Of a DNA stretch of 64,000 nt, positions 26,441 through 41,000 are shown piece by piece. Within the stretch, counting starts at the first letter, position 1. Every line of letters begins with the position of its first letter. The position numbers and the translations under genes are program-made. Origin of the DNA: the human T2T-CHM13v2.0 reference genome, Homo sapiens. Location of the stretch: NCBI RefSeq assembly GCF_009914755.1, contig NC_060929.1. One strand, 5' to 3'. The notes beneath the pieces were generated by a model that was given only the letters and a program-made list of their open reading frames with translations, did not search any database and was not told the origin of the DNA.

Positions 26441-27782
26441 TGTACTGTTTTTAATACTCTCAAATATATAAAAAAATACTAACTAGCTTCTTAGCCTAGA
26501 TATTGTTTCCTCTGGATAATTTGTTCTCTTTGTTCATTTCTGTCCTTGTTCATAATAATGTAGTACACAGTATTTGGAAATTGGCACTTCACCAAAGTGA
26601 TATTTGATTTTGAAAATAAAATCTTGAACCAATATTTAAAAAAATACAGCTAAGTCATTCTCACATCTTTTTAAGATTACTGAATGAATTTCCAGTGGCA
26701 ACAGATACATATGTATATAACATTTGAAACAGTTAATAAATTATAATGATTCTTAGAACATATATGATATTTTAATAAAGATATTTTAATTGAGGTGCAT
26801 TAAAAATCAAATTAAAATTTGCAATTCCAGCTTGTCTGTTAACTTTACAATTTTATCTCATTTTGATATTTCACCACAAGTTGAAGAACTACTTGTAACT
26901 GGTATCCCCAAGGAGGAAGGAGATGCAAAGTTTGATTTCCTGAGGCAAGTATGTTTAATCTCACTTATGATTGAGTTTCTTAGTAATTTTCGTGACACAT
27001 ACTTAAAATTGTGAGGAGAGTTTATTCTTTTCTTATTAAAATTTGAATAATCAATGTTTCTCTAAAGCTTTTGTTTCTGGCATGTACTAAGCCAACCGTT
27101 AAAACCACCACTGGAAAAGGATCAATAAAAATGCTTGGAGAGAATTTTTCTGTATTATAGATACCTTTGCTTCTTCTAATTTAATGATATTTTATTATAT
27201 AGCTGATATGTCATTCAATTATATAATGCTAATATCTATATATGAGTAAATATGTGTGTGTGTTTGTGGACTTACTTTAATTGCAAAAATACATATATGA
27301 TGCTATTTGGATAATGTTGGGTTTAGGGCAAGACTTTCTAAACACTATATTAATGGAAGAATAGTATATTTTAAAAATCCCATTTTGACCCAATTATCTT
27401 TAAAATTAAAAATAAAACTAAGATAGAAACTACAACTACACTTCCATACAAAGATAGATTAATAGGAAGAAAACAAATCTTTATTAGCTGCCAAGTAGCT
27501 ATTTTTTTAAAAGTCTAATTACATTAGACTTTTTACAATTAGACTGCACACTTTATAATGAGTAAATAATTTTAGGCATTTTTATATTAGGAAAAAATAC
27601 ATCTAAGCCACTCCTTTAAAATGGAAATGTGTAGTAATATGCCAACAATTCTTAGTACCCAACAGAAATGCAACCTATCATTTTCAATGTCTACTCAAAA
27701 AGTTTATGCAAAACATATAAATGGGATATCTAAGATAAGTATTATATAATTTGCTGAGTTTGATGGCCAAAGGAAATATATT

Positions 27783-28080
27783 ATGTATCTGTTGTTGCAT
27801 TATTCTAAAACTTATTGGCTTAAACAATGCACATTGATTTCATAGTTTCTGAATGTTGACAGCAGTCAGTTCCTCTTGGGTTTTGTGGCCTGGGGCCTCA
27901 GGTCACAGTCTATTGACTGGAGCCTGCACTTTATTCCTCGCTACATGTACGTTTCGTACATGGCAGCTCCCAAGAAGGCCATACAGACAGTCTCATAGTA
28001 AGGCAGAAGTCACAGTGTTTTGTATCCTAATCACAGAAATGATGTCTCAACACCTTTGCTAGATTCTACTGGCTAGCAGC
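27783..28080 (-). mobile_element. Old MLT1-type LTR fragment
   Basis: 'aaaacttattggcttaaacaa...catagtttctg' and 'cacctttgctagattctactggctag'. Confidence 0.5.
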
Positions 28081-29104
28081 AATGGAAAGAATGGGTTAGA
28101 ATTTATAAATTGAAGGACTTGGCCATTTCCATATTTTGACACAAGATACCTTTATTGGCTTTTATTTTGTTTTCGGTACATGTTTGTATGGGAAAATTAG
28201 ATCCAGTTAAGTGAAAATGATGTGTTAAAAAATAAACTTAAGTAACTGAATCAGATATTTGAAGGGTATAATTTCCTACTCAATCATATACTTTAGTAAA
28301 CTGTTAATTTCTACTACTGAAAACATTAAAACTTGTGAAATTATTGCCCTCACAGGGCATAATAATTTCTATTTAGCTTCCAGTTTCAAAGTGACTTCTA
28401 TCCTTATCCGCCATTCCCCACAGTCATAAAATTGGAAAGTGATCTGAGCCTTGAAGTGAAATAAGCTCAATTCAAAGTGTGACATCTATATTATGCCATA
28501 TAATAAAATGGCAACAAGGTCATATCTTTGCTATCAATTCTGCTAGTTTTAGCTTTCAAAGTCTATTGAAAAGCTTTACAATTTTTAGATTGAACTATTT
28601 AAAACATATTTGAAAAATCTGGGTATTTGTTAAAAAATGGAGAAGAGATTTTGGTAATAAGATGGATGTATTCTGGGAAGGGTAGAGAAATGAAAAACAC
28701 AGCATTTAGTTAAGTTTATAAAAAATTAGCGATCTTTTAAAATAAATAAACCTGATTAATATAGTAAGGTGTTAATGATTACAAAGAATTTTCTCATAGA
28801 AAATGAAGGAATATGTTGTTGTAACTTGATTAAGTAAAAAAAAATTAGTAATAGTTGAGCATTTTAGTGTTTGTTTGAAACTTTTCTACAGAGATATAAT
28901 TTTAATTCAATGTATCTTTTAAAAAGAATAATAGAAAAACCAAGTTTATAAAGCATAAAAATTAATGATTAAATACATTAAAATATTTGGTTTATTATCT
29001 AAGTTTAAAGACATTTCACTATATTGTAACTTTATGAGACTATCTAGCTTAGCATATTATTAGAATTTACAGATTAGAATATATTTTTCCTTTTAAAAAT
29101 ATAC

Positions 29105-30990
29105 CTCATTCATAACTCATTCTACGAGGCCAATATCACCGTGATACCAAAGTAGACCTGACAGAAAAGAAAAACTACAAACCAATATCTCTCATGAACA
29201 TACATGCAAAAATCTTCAACAAGATATTAGCTAATTGAATACGAAACTGTTTACAAACAATTATACACCATGACCAAATATGATTTATTTGAAAGTATAT
29301 GAGGCTGGTTCAACATTCAAAGATCCTCACATCAATAGTCTAATGGAGAAAAATCATATGATCATATAGGTAGATTCAGAATAATCACTTGTTAAAATCC
29401 AATGCCCATTTATGACAAAAGCTCTTAGCAAACTAAGAATAGAGAGGGACTACCTCAACTTGATAAAGAGCATGTACAAAACCTATAGCATATACAATAA
29501 GAAATTTGATGCTTTCTTAGTAAGATCAAGAATAAGGCAAGGATGTTGACGCTCACCAGGCCTATTTAACATTATACTAGAAGACCTAGCTGATGCAAGT
29601 TAGATGTTAACTTCACCAGATAGCTGATAAAGCATTATTTCTGGGTATGTTGTTGAGGGTATTACCAGAAGAGATCAACATTTGAATCAATGGACTGAAT
29701 AAGGAAGAGCCACCATCACCTAATGTGGGCAGGCACTGTTCAATCAGCTGAGGGCCCAGGTAGAATAAAAAGTCAAGGGAACGTGAATTACCTCTCTCTT
29801 TCCTCAAGCTAGGACATGCTACTTTTCTTGCCCTTGGACATCAGAACTTTGGGTTCTGCAACCTTTGTACTCCAGCGGTGCACCAGCAGCCTCCAAGTTA
29901 CTCAGGCCTTTGGCTGCAGACTAAGAGTTATGCCATCAGCTTCTCCTGTTCTGAGGCCTTCAGACTTGGACTGAACTACATAACCACCTTCCTTGGCTCT
30001 CTAGCTTGCATACAGATTATCATGGGACTTCTCAGAATCCATAATTTCAGGATTCAATTTTCCTAATAAATTCCCTCTGATACATCCCTGTCTATCCTAT
30101 TGTTTCTATACTATGTGCAAATTGGGAAGAAAAATTAAATTGTTTATGTTTACAAATTATGGTTGCTTATGTAGAGAATAAAAAAATCTGAAACTAATAA
30201 ATGATTTTAGCAAGACTACAGGATATAAGGTTAATATACAAAATTAATTTTCTTATATACTAACAATAAAAAATTGGAATTTGAAATTAAGAACACAATA
30301 CTATTTGTATTGACACAAAAATGAAATACTTTTGTACAAATCTAATAAAATGTGTAATATCTATATTAGGAAAAACTATAAAACTCTAATATATATAAAA
30401 GATAAATATATATATATATACACACGCACAGAGATATTCCATGTGTGTGAATACAAAGACTCAATATTGTCATGTCAGTTTTTCCCAATTTGAAATATAG
30501 ATTCAATACAATCTTAATAAAAATGCCAGGGGGTTATTGAAAAATTTATTCTAAAGTTTATACGGAGAGTCAAAAGACCCACAATAGCCAACACAATAGT
30601 GAAAAAAAAAAAAGCTAGAGGATGAACACTACCTGATGTCAAGACTCACTCTGCAGTTACAATAATCAAGACAGTGTGGTATTGGCAAAAGGACAGGCAA
30701 ACAGATCAGTGCAACAGAATAGAGATCCCAGTAACAGATACATAAAAGTTTAGTTAACTGGTCTTGGACAAAGGAGCAAATTCAATTTAATAGAGAAAGG
30801 GCAGTCTTTTCAACAATCAGTACTGAAACAACTGGACATTCGCATGCAAAATATAAATCTAAATAAAGTTCTTACACCTTTCCCAAAAATAATCTCAAAA
30901 TAGATCATAGACCTAAATGTAAAATACAAAAATATAAAACATCTGAAAGAAACATAGAAGAAATCTAGGCAACCTTTGGTTTGGCAATCC
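29105..30990 (+). mobile_element. Old L1M ORF2 fragment interrupted by MLT2
   Basis: 'aactcattctacgaggccaatatcacc', 'accaatatctctcatgaacat', 'aatcaagacagtgtggtattggc'. Confidence 0.82.
29598..30110 (+). mobile_element. MLT2 (ERVL) LTR
   Basis: 'aagcattatttctgggtatg...gagatcaacatttgaatc...cttggacatcagaact...tcctaataaattccctc...tcctattgtttct'. Confidence 0.82.
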
Positions 30991-31236
30991 AAGGTGACCC
31001 AAAATATCAAATGCTATATGTCCACACTTTGATAAAATTATATGGGATGACACTGGGACTTGAACTATGTTCAGAAATTATTCATATGTAATAATCAGTG
31101 TGATTACATAATTCTGAAATGAGACATAGGAAAACAAAATGAACAAAAGAGATAAAATCAAAGGATTCTTAAGCATTATCTTAGTTACTTGTGAAAAAGA
31201 TGCAGGTGACAAAACCAAATATAATGATGCTACCAA

Positions 31237-31347
31237 TAATTTCATTAAGAAAATTCATAAATTTCTTAATTTCATTAAGAAAATTCATAAATTTCTTAAT
31301 TTCATTAAGAAAATTCATAAATTTCTTAATTTCATTAAGAAAATTCA
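31237..31347. repeat. Perfect 30-bp tandem repeat, 3.7 copies
   Basis: Unit taatttcattaagaaaattcataaatttct repeated without mismatch. Confidence 0.97.
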
Positions 31348-31538
31348 CAGTATTCATTTATTGATACTATGTTGCATTTATAAACTATTATAGTGTTTTA
31401 AGTTTTGAACTAAAATTCTTTGATTGAAGTAATCCTTCATATAAAGTTATCAATGTATCTGAAAATTTCATAGAAATTATTATATTGTTATTATCATCAA
31501 GACTCATTATCACCTTTCTTCTCATCATAGCTAATATT

Positions 31539-31563
31539 TAGAGAGAGAGAGAGAGAGAGAGAC
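31539..31563. repeat. (AG)n microsatellite
   Basis: Read directly from the sequence. Confidence 0.95.
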
Positions 31564-32150
31564 GACTGAAAATAATTATAATAAATATTCATTTGTTGAT
31601 AAAAAATGGAGTACAAGTCACAAATCTCAATGTTTTCTTAAACTGCAGGTACAAACCTTCCTTACTTAATTCTTATTATGACTATATTTTGTTTTCTTTT
31701 GCAGTAATTTAATTATGATGATGACATATTGTCTCAAAACTAGTAAGTAATAACGGGTATTAAGTTCCAATTTTCAATGTAAGGATCTGAGGTGAGCTAA
31801 CATGAGGAAGCTTTTACTTAGGAACAGGTTGGGAGGAGTCCATTTGTATGGCTTATACACGTAACTGGATTAGATGGCTAATGGGATTTAAATGATCTTG
31901 ACCTGCTAAATTTCCTTAAAACTTCTAATTCCACCATCTCTTTCACAGTTCCAGATTCACTCTGTGGGCTCATATCTACGATTCCAATTAACTTAAAACA
32001 AATAGATTTGATATATTTGAGAAACAAAAAGAATACAAAGTGATCAGCATTTAGACTTGCCTTCTTTCACAGCCGTAGGGCCACAGTTCCCTGAGGCAAC
32101 TACAGGCAGAATTTAATAGAAGAAAATAAATTTGAAAATGTGTAGCAGAG

Positions 32151-32397
32151 GGCCGGGTGCCGTGGCTCACGCCTGTAATCCAAGCACTTTGGGAGGCCCA
32201 GGCAGGTGAATCACCTGAGGTCAGGAGTCCAGGACCAGCGTGGTCAACATGGGGAAACCCCATCTCTACTAAAAATACAAAAATTAGCCAGGTGTGGTGG
32301 CATGGGCCTGTAATCCCAGCTACTCGGGGGGCTGAGGCAGGAGACTCACTTGAACTGGTGAGGCAGAGAGAGACTCTGTCTCAAAAAAAAAAAAAAA
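32151..32397 (+). mobile_element. AluS with internal deletion in the right arm
   Basis: Near-matching 16-bp TSD aaaatgtgtagcagag / aaagtgtgtatcagag. The right arm jumps from 'gaggcagag' to 'agagactctgtctc'. Confidence 0.93.
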
Positions 32398-33265
32398 GTG
32401 TGTATCAGAGGCTTGAGATACTGCCTAAAAAAAAGTCAGACTGGGAGACGTACAAAGCCCTAGTGCTTGGAATAAAGAGCGGAAGAAAAGATTGCTACAA
32501 AAGGGATCCTGTGCATAAATTTTAATGGTTTAAGTAATTGCATTTATGACTTACTGAGTAAAAATGTAAGGTACTTTTATCGTCCTCTAAATGTATTACC
32601 AGTGAAAATAGCCAGTTTTTAAGAAACAGTAACTGACACTTTCAATGTCTCCTCTTAAAAAGGTCAAATATTGCCAGGTATCATTTCCTGCATCAACTGG
32701 CCTCTTCAATGATATATTTCTGAATATTTTTGCATGTTTTGCTGTGTGTAATGCTACTACATCTATAATTGCACTACTATTATAATATAGGACAATTCAA
32801 TTAAAGTGTTTGTTCAACCTAGACTTTTGATTTATGAGCCTCAATCGGTTGCCTTCTTTATTTACTGAGCAATATATGACATGAACCAAATCTCTCTTAA
32901 TCCTTATAGAGAGGCTGAAATAAATCATACATGTCTCGCAGAAGCTCTGTCAGTGAACCTAATGAAAAACTGAAGTAGAACATTTGAATTGATTCCATCG
33001 CTTTCCTAGACTTTTTCTTTTTTATTATTTTCTAAGACTTTTCCTTTATTGGGGAAGGAACTTTTAGAGATGTGGCCAAGATCAACTGCTGTACCTGGCT
33101 TTCCATTAAAAAGTCCTAAGGGTGACTTTGTAGCTTTGAGTAAGAAAGAAATAGTTGATCATCCTGAAACAAATTATTCCTTGTGATTTAAGCAATCAAT
33201 TTAAATTGATAACTGTCCCTGGAAAGTAAATCACTTGTTAATCGCTACTTTAAAAGTAGTAAGTC

Positions 33266-33987
<722 letters not shown>

Positions 33988-34091
33988 TCAGGGTATATCC
34001 TCCTAGTGTTTCTTCTTTGCATATGTAAATAGATATTTCTTCCAAATTGAAAATATATACAATATATATTTTTCTACTCTGATTTTTAAAT

Positions 34092-36105
34092 CTTTTTTTT
34101 TAACTTTTAGGTTCAGGTGTACATATGCATGTTTGTTACATAGGTAAATTACGTGTCACAGGGGTTTGGTAAACAAATTATTTCTCACCCATATAATAAG
34201 CATAGTACCGTGTCTGGAATTGGTGGGTTCTTGGTCTCACTGACTTCAAGAATGAAGCCGTGGACCCTCGCGGTGAGTGTTAGCAGTTCTTAAAGGCGGC
34301 GTGTCCAGAGTTTGTTCCTTCTGATGTTCGGATGTGTTCAGAGTTTCTTCCTTCTGGTAGGTTCGTGGTCTCGCTGGCTCAGGAGTGAAGCTGCTGACCT
34401 TCGCAGTGAGTGTTACAGCTGTTAAGGCGATGCCTCTGGAGTTGTTCGTTTCTTCCGGTGGGTTCGTGGTCTCGCTGGCTTCAGGAGTGAAGCTGCAGAC
34501 CTTCACGGTGAGTTTACAGCGCATAAAGGCAGTGTGGACCCAAAGAGTGAGCAACAGCAAGATTCATTGCAAAGAGCGAAAGAACAAAGCTACCACAGTG
34601 TGGAAGGAGACCCAGCAGGTTGCCATTGCTCTCTGGGGCAGCCTGCTTTTATTCTCTTATCTGGCCCCACCCACATCCTGCTGATTGGCCCATTTTACAA
34701 GAGACGATTGGTCCGTTTTGACAGGGTGCTGACTGGTGCATTTACAATCCCTGAGCTAGACACAAAAGTTCTCCAAGTCCCCACTAGATTAGCTAGATAG
34801 AGTGTCCACACAAAGGTTCTCCAAGTCCCCACCAGAGTAGCTAGATACTGAGTGTCAATTGCTGCATTCACAAACCCTGAGCTAGACACAGGGTGCTGAT
34901 TGGTGTGTTTACAAACGTTGAGTTAGATACAGAGTGCCGATTGGTGTATTTACAATCCATTAGCTAGACATAAAGGTTCTCCAAGTCCCCACCAGAGTAG
35001 CTAGATACAGAGTGTGGATTGGTACATTCATAAACCCTGAGCTAGACAAAGGGTGCTGATTGGTGTGTTTACGAACCTTGAGCTAGATACAGAGTGCCCA
35101 TTGGTGTATTTACAATACCTTAGGTAGACATAAAGGTTCTCCAAGTCCCCGCCAGACTCAGACGCCCAGCTGGCTTCACCCAGTGGATCCCACACGGTGG
35201 CCACAGGTGGAGCTGCCTGCCAGTCCCAAGCCCTGAGCCCGCACTCCTCAGCCTTTGGGTGGTCCATGGGACTGGGTGCCATGGAGCAGGGGGCGGGGCT
35301 CGTCCGGGAGGCTCCAGGGGCACAGCAGCCCACGGCAGGTGGCGGGGAGGCTCAGGCATGGCGGGCTGCAGGTCCCAAGCCCTGCCCCGCAAGGAGGAGC
35401 TAAGGCCCTGCGAGAAAAGGAGGCAGCTAAGGCCCGGTGAGAAGTCGAGCACAGCAGCTGCTGGCCCAGGGGCTAAGCCCCTTACTGCCCGGCTGGCGGG
35501 GCCGGCTGGCTGCTCCGAGTGTGGGGGCCCGCCGAGCCCACGCCCATCCAGAGCTCACGCTGGCTCACAAGCGGCACGCACAGCCCCGGTTCCCGCCTAC
35601 GCCTCTCCCTCCTCACATCCGGGCAAGCTGAGGGAGCCGGCTCCGGCCTTGGCCAGCCCAGGAAGGGGCTCCCCCAGTGCAGCCGCCGGCTGAAGGGCTC
35701 CTCAAGTGCCGCCAGAGTGGGCGCGGAGGCCGAAGAGGCACCGAGAGCGAGCGAGGGCTGCGAGGGCCGCCAGCAAGCTGTCACCTCTCAGTACCGCACA
35801 GGTAGTTTTTCAATCTTCACCCTCCCATCCTCTGCCCTCAAGTAGGCCCCAGTGTCTGTTGTTCCCTTCTTTGTGTTCTTATGTACTCAGTGTTTAGCTC
35901 CCATTTATAAATGAGAACATGTGGTATTTGGTTTTCTGTTCCTATGTTAGTTCGCTTAGGATAATAGCCTCCAGCTTCATCCATGTTGCTGCCAAGGACA
36001 TGATCTCATTTTTTTATGGCTGTTTCGTATTTCAGGGTATATATGCACCATATTTTCTTTATCCAGTTTACCATTGATGGTTGTATAGATTGATCCTATG
36101 TCTTT
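34092..36105 (-). mobile_element. L1PA15/16-like 3' end split by LTR12
   Basis: Poly(T) then 'ttttaggttcaggtgtacat...gcatagtac'. Resumes at 35791 with 'caagtaggccccagtgtctgttgttccc'. Confidence 0.88.
34209..35790 (-). mobile_element. LTR12C-like (HERV9) solo LTR
   Basis: ~1.58 kb, with ends 'gtgtctggaattggtggg' and 'gctgtcacctctca'. TSD gtac(cg) on both sides. Tandem gattgg/agatac repeats at 34680-35150 and a GC/CpG-rich block at 35160-35790. Confidence 0.95.
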
Positions 36106-38044
36106 GTAAAGGAATTTCTTGTGACAAAAAATACAATACACTCTGATAGTGAACGTTGAAGTTTTCATTCCAAAGGAAGAGGAAGTTATCTGACAAATGC
36201 CATCGGATATTTCCCTACCCTTAATTTTTTCTTCAGGAAAAGAAGAAGATACTACTGGAAGGAAGAGACAAATACAGCTCTAAAAAATTTTGCTAATAAC
36301 ATAGTTTCTGGTTCTGAGGCAGGCCTCTTTTCTCTGCTTCATCTATCCATTGGAATTTGACAAAAGCATTTTTGTGATGATGTTAGAAGTTTGGCACAGA
36401 GAGAGAACTCAAAAATCTAGTGGGTTATTTTGTTAAAATTACCAAAATGGATTAGATTTCATACTATAGGCTATGTAAACATCTGTGAGGCATGATCTCG
36501 GAACACAGGACCATCTTTAAACGGGTGTTTCAACCCAATGTGCCTACTCTCGTAGGTGGGTATGATCTGTTTCCCTTAAGTCGTGAGAAGATCCATCTGT
36601 TCTATAAAGACTTCTAAAAGATAAACGATCTGAAAAGTAGAAATTTCAGAATTTTTATAGGCATGTGTGGGCCATTGCGCTTTATGTCCTCAAGTCTCTC
36701 TAGAAATGCAAACCAAAAGTGTCAATAATGCGGAAAGCGTACCAGCGCTGGCATTTTAGCAATTTACCTTTGAAAATTTCTATTGCTTTTTTATCCCTAA
36801 AGTCAGGTTTATAGAATGGCTTCTAACAACTTTAATATAGGAAACATGATTATTTTTCAATAATTTTTTGGGGTTGGTTTACTATTATTATTTATTATAA
36901 ATATTACAATGATTATTGTTACACAGAAGTGTTCAGCATTAGGAAATTTAGACACTATCAAGTGAAATGCTTGTTTTGAAGCTAAACTTGTGTGTGTATG
37001 TGTGTTTAATAAGCATCTATTCTATTTCTTTCAACAATACTATGCATCTGCTTGACATAAAATATGTTAAAACATTGAAGATGCTCTAACTCTAATGAAA
37101 AATAAACATATTTATGTACAGATAGAAAAATATATAAATGTTGCTAAAACAAAAATATGCCCTGGAGTTCTCAATTACCTTCCCTAAAAGCAGGGAATAT
37201 GCTCAATCTTGGCATAGTGAAGGAGTAGCATAAAGAATTGTCAACCCATAGAAATAGTAGGGCCAAACAGTTAATATGTATAGAACAAAAATAGCCTTTC
37301 TGAAAAATAATTTGTCCAAATATATGATTTAGTTTTGTAAATCTTGAATAAAGTGTGATTCATGAGCTACCCAAATTTTGTTATCAGTAATGCTTTAACT
37401 AAACTAAAAATTTAACTTCACCCCAAATTGGAAATGTTCATATATCAATAATCCATTATTCTAACATCTTTCCTGGTTTTGGTTTAATGTTCCATCAAGA
37501 GTAAGATGGTTAACTATCTACTTTTCTTTTTGTTCAAAGTTAGAGAGATAGCAAACCACCAAATTAATAAATCACTTTCTGGCATTACTAATAATTATGT
37601 GGCTGATAATATTAAATGGAAACATGTGTACTCCTGCATATAACAACTAAAATTGTTAGTATCAGCTGAATTTATCAGAGAATTAGACATATCTGTCTTC
37701 AGGCAGAACTCTCTGTGAGTATCTGAGAAAATACAAGTTTTTACTCCTTGGAATATTAACCATGATTTTAATTTACATGTAAATATTTTCTCATTTCTAT
37801 ATATCTTTTAAAAGTAGTTAACAAAAATTAGTTTGGCATACTTTGTGCAAGGTTATATCATGTATTGCTTTTATTTTCATTGTCTAAGTTCTTAGTAAAA
37901 AAGTCTGACAAAAAGTAGATAGATTTTTGACTCATAGAGTGAGAAAAATGTGGGAAGAATTAAAGTCAAGAAACACTATTCCCAAATAACGCTTGTAATA
38001 AAATATCAAAATTTATGATTTACACAGTTATTCTTTTAAAGTTT

Positions 38045-41000
38045 GACTTTTTACAGTTTTTGAGATATTGTTCACCTATATAACAAGTGATCAAATTAAA
38101 GTGCTTTAATTTCAATAGTTTAGTGTATTAAGACATATACGACCATTACCACAGTCACTGTTAGAAAACATTCATCATCCCCAAAAGAATCCTCATATTA
38201 TTTAGCTATCACTTATTTTTGCCCCCAGTCCTGCAGACTGAAGTAACCCCTAATCTAGTTTTTAAGTTGCAATAGATTTGCCTCTTCTGCACATTTCATA
38301 TTAAATTAATCTTGTGATATGTGGTCTCATGACTGTTTTACTTAGCGTAATGTTTCAAAGGTTCTTATGTATTCTACTGTGTATCAGTACTTCATTCCTT
38401 TCAATGAATAAATAGTATTCTGTTGAACTAATATATCATATTTATTTATCCATTCATTGTTAAGGAACGTTTGAGTTTTTTCTTTTAGTTTAAGTAATGA
38501 TACTATGAATATGTGTGTATTGTTGGATCATGCTACTATTATATTTAATCCATTTGAGGAATTCTCAGACTGTTTTACAAGGTAGGTATACCATTTTCTA
38601 TTTCTACCAGGAAGTTTGAGGGTTCTGATTTTGCCACATCCTTCCCAATATTTTTTATCATCATTTTATTTTTTCTTTATAGTGGTTGTTAAGTTGCTAC
38701 TACATTTTAGTTTTAATTTCCATTCCCTTGGTGACTGACTATACTATGGAACACCTTTTCATGTGATTATTGACCATTTATATATCTTTTATGAAGAAAT
38801 TTCTGTTCAGATTTTAATCTCATTTTTTAAAATTGGTTGCCTTTTTATTATTGAGTTCTAAGAATTATTTTTATATCTTAAATGTAAGTCCCATATGAGA
38901 AATATGTTTTGGAAATTTTTTTTCCATTCCATAGGTTGTCTTTTTACTTATGTGACAATGTCTTTTGAAACAAAAGTTTTAAATTTTGATCAAGTCAAAT
39001 TTATCTAAGTTTTCTTTTTATGCTCATGCTTTTGGTGTCACATCTAAGAATTGTTTTGCCAAATCTGAGGTCACAAAAATTAAAGCATAAGTTTTCTTTT
39101 AAACATTTTATAGTTTTTATTATATTTTGGTGTTTGATCCATTTTGAGTCGTTTTTTGTATGTAGTGTGAGTTAAGAGTCCAACTTCGCTCTTTAGCATG
39201 TGGATATCCAGTCATCCAAGAACCATTTGCTAAAATTTGTTAAAAAGTTTCTTCCCGAACAGAATGGTTTTACACCCTTGTCTAAGTCAACCATAGACAT
39301 GTTGGTTTATTTCTGGATTCTCAATTCTATTGCATTTATCTTTACGTCTACCGTTACCTGAGTACAATACCATCCATCGATTACAGTTACCTTGTAGTAA
39401 GTTTGGAAATCAGCGAGAGAGAGTTCTTCCCATTTGTTTCTCTTTTTCAGAATTTTGTTGACTATTTAGGGTCCCTTGCTATTTCATATGAATTTTAAAA
39501 TTACTTGTCAATTTCTATGGCTGGCTATGATTCTGCTCAGGATTTTATTGAATCTATAGACCAATTTTTAGATTATTGCTATTATAAGAATATTAAGTCT
39601 TTTGATCCATAAAATCAGGATTTTTTTTTAACCTATTTAGAGCTTTTAAAATTTATTTCGACAATGTTTTGTCATATTTGGAATATAAGTTTTTCACTTT
39701 TTATGAAACTTATTTCTAATTATTATGCTCTTTTGATGCTATTTTAAATAAAACAATTTTCCTGATTTCATTTGAATTATTCATTCCAAGTGTGTAGAAA
39801 TACAATTGACTTTTGTATAGTGATGTTATATTTTGCAGCGTTGTTACAGATATTTATTAGTTCTAATTATTTTTAACAGATTCCTTAGAATTTTCTATGT
39901 ACAACATAATGTCATCTTCATATAGATATAGTTTTACTTCTTTTACAAGACAGAAGTTTTGTATTTCTTTTTTCCTTCCTAATTTCTGTGGCTAAACCCA
40001 CATGTACAATATTGAATAGAAGTGGTGGGAGTGAACATCCTTGTTTTTATTGTCATCTTAGAGAGAATATATCCCATCTTTGACCATTAGTATGATTTTA
40101 GCTGTGAATTTTTTATAAATGGCAATGATCAGGTTGAGGAAGTGCTCTTCTATTCTTAGTTATTGAATGTTTTTATCATGAAAGAGAGTTGGATTTTCTG
40201 AAATACATTTTCTGAGTTTACTGAGATGGTATGTGCTGTGTGTGTGTATTTTATTGACATAGTATTGATGGCAATGGTGGCCCATCTGGAGTGGCCACTG
40301 AGAGGTCACCAGCTGCAGCAGGGGAGGCATGGCTGGGGCTACATGTTCTGCAGAACCAGCAGGGGCTGACAGGGGCCGGGAGCAGGTGATCCCAGCGGGA
40401 GCCCCGCATACCACTGAGTTGGTGGGGCAGGAGCCCACACTCCCAGGTGCAGCTGCAGCTGCCCAGCTGTGGCTCCTGACCTAGGCACCCCAGCACTCTA
40501 GAGGTCCAGGAAGCCCCATACTACTGTAGGTTTTAAAGTGCCTGCTCCCACTCCTTGGCCTCTTCTCTACCTCCCGTGCCCACTCTGTGATGGAGCAAAG
40601 TTGTCGACCTGTCCCAATAGCTGAGCCCAGGCCCTGTCACCATGTCCCTGGTGTGCACATTCTTGTCCCATGCCACCTCAGCTCCCTTCAGAAACTGCCG
40701 CTGAGGCTAAAACTTTGGGGACCAATGAGCACAGTAGGGAGGTCATGGGGCTGAGGACAGCTGGGCTCAGTCCTGTGGGTGTCCCTCAGCACAGACAGCT
40801 GGGGCACCCCAGGTAGGACGTTGATGGGGGTGGGAAACAGACAGGTTTCTAGGTGGGAAGGGGTGCTCCCTGGTGAAAACCCGCCTTCAAGCCAGGAAAG
40901 ACCTGAAGCCTGGAGGCTGGGCTGCCAGTTGCAGGTGGAGTCCAGGGCCTGGAGTAAGAACTTCATTGATGTCTTTCGGCCAGTCGTATGGTGCTTTTTC

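Noticed and set aside
31237-31347. CRISPR-like array (30-bp palindromic repeats) and the NFIKKIHKFL repeat ORF at 31139-31393
   Set aside because: There are no spacers and no cas genes, and the context is eukaryotic. The peptide repeat follows simply from a unit length divisible by three.
34680-35150. Regularly spaced repeats as a novel array
   Set aside because: This is the known U3 tandem enhancer region of LTR12.
35028-35897. Cluster of overlapping ORFs and a CpG island as a gene start
   Set aside because: The stop-poor GC-rich part of LTR12C explains it. The same applies to the ORF clusters in MER52 (40160-42120), the L1 5' UTR (23433-24521) and THE1-int.
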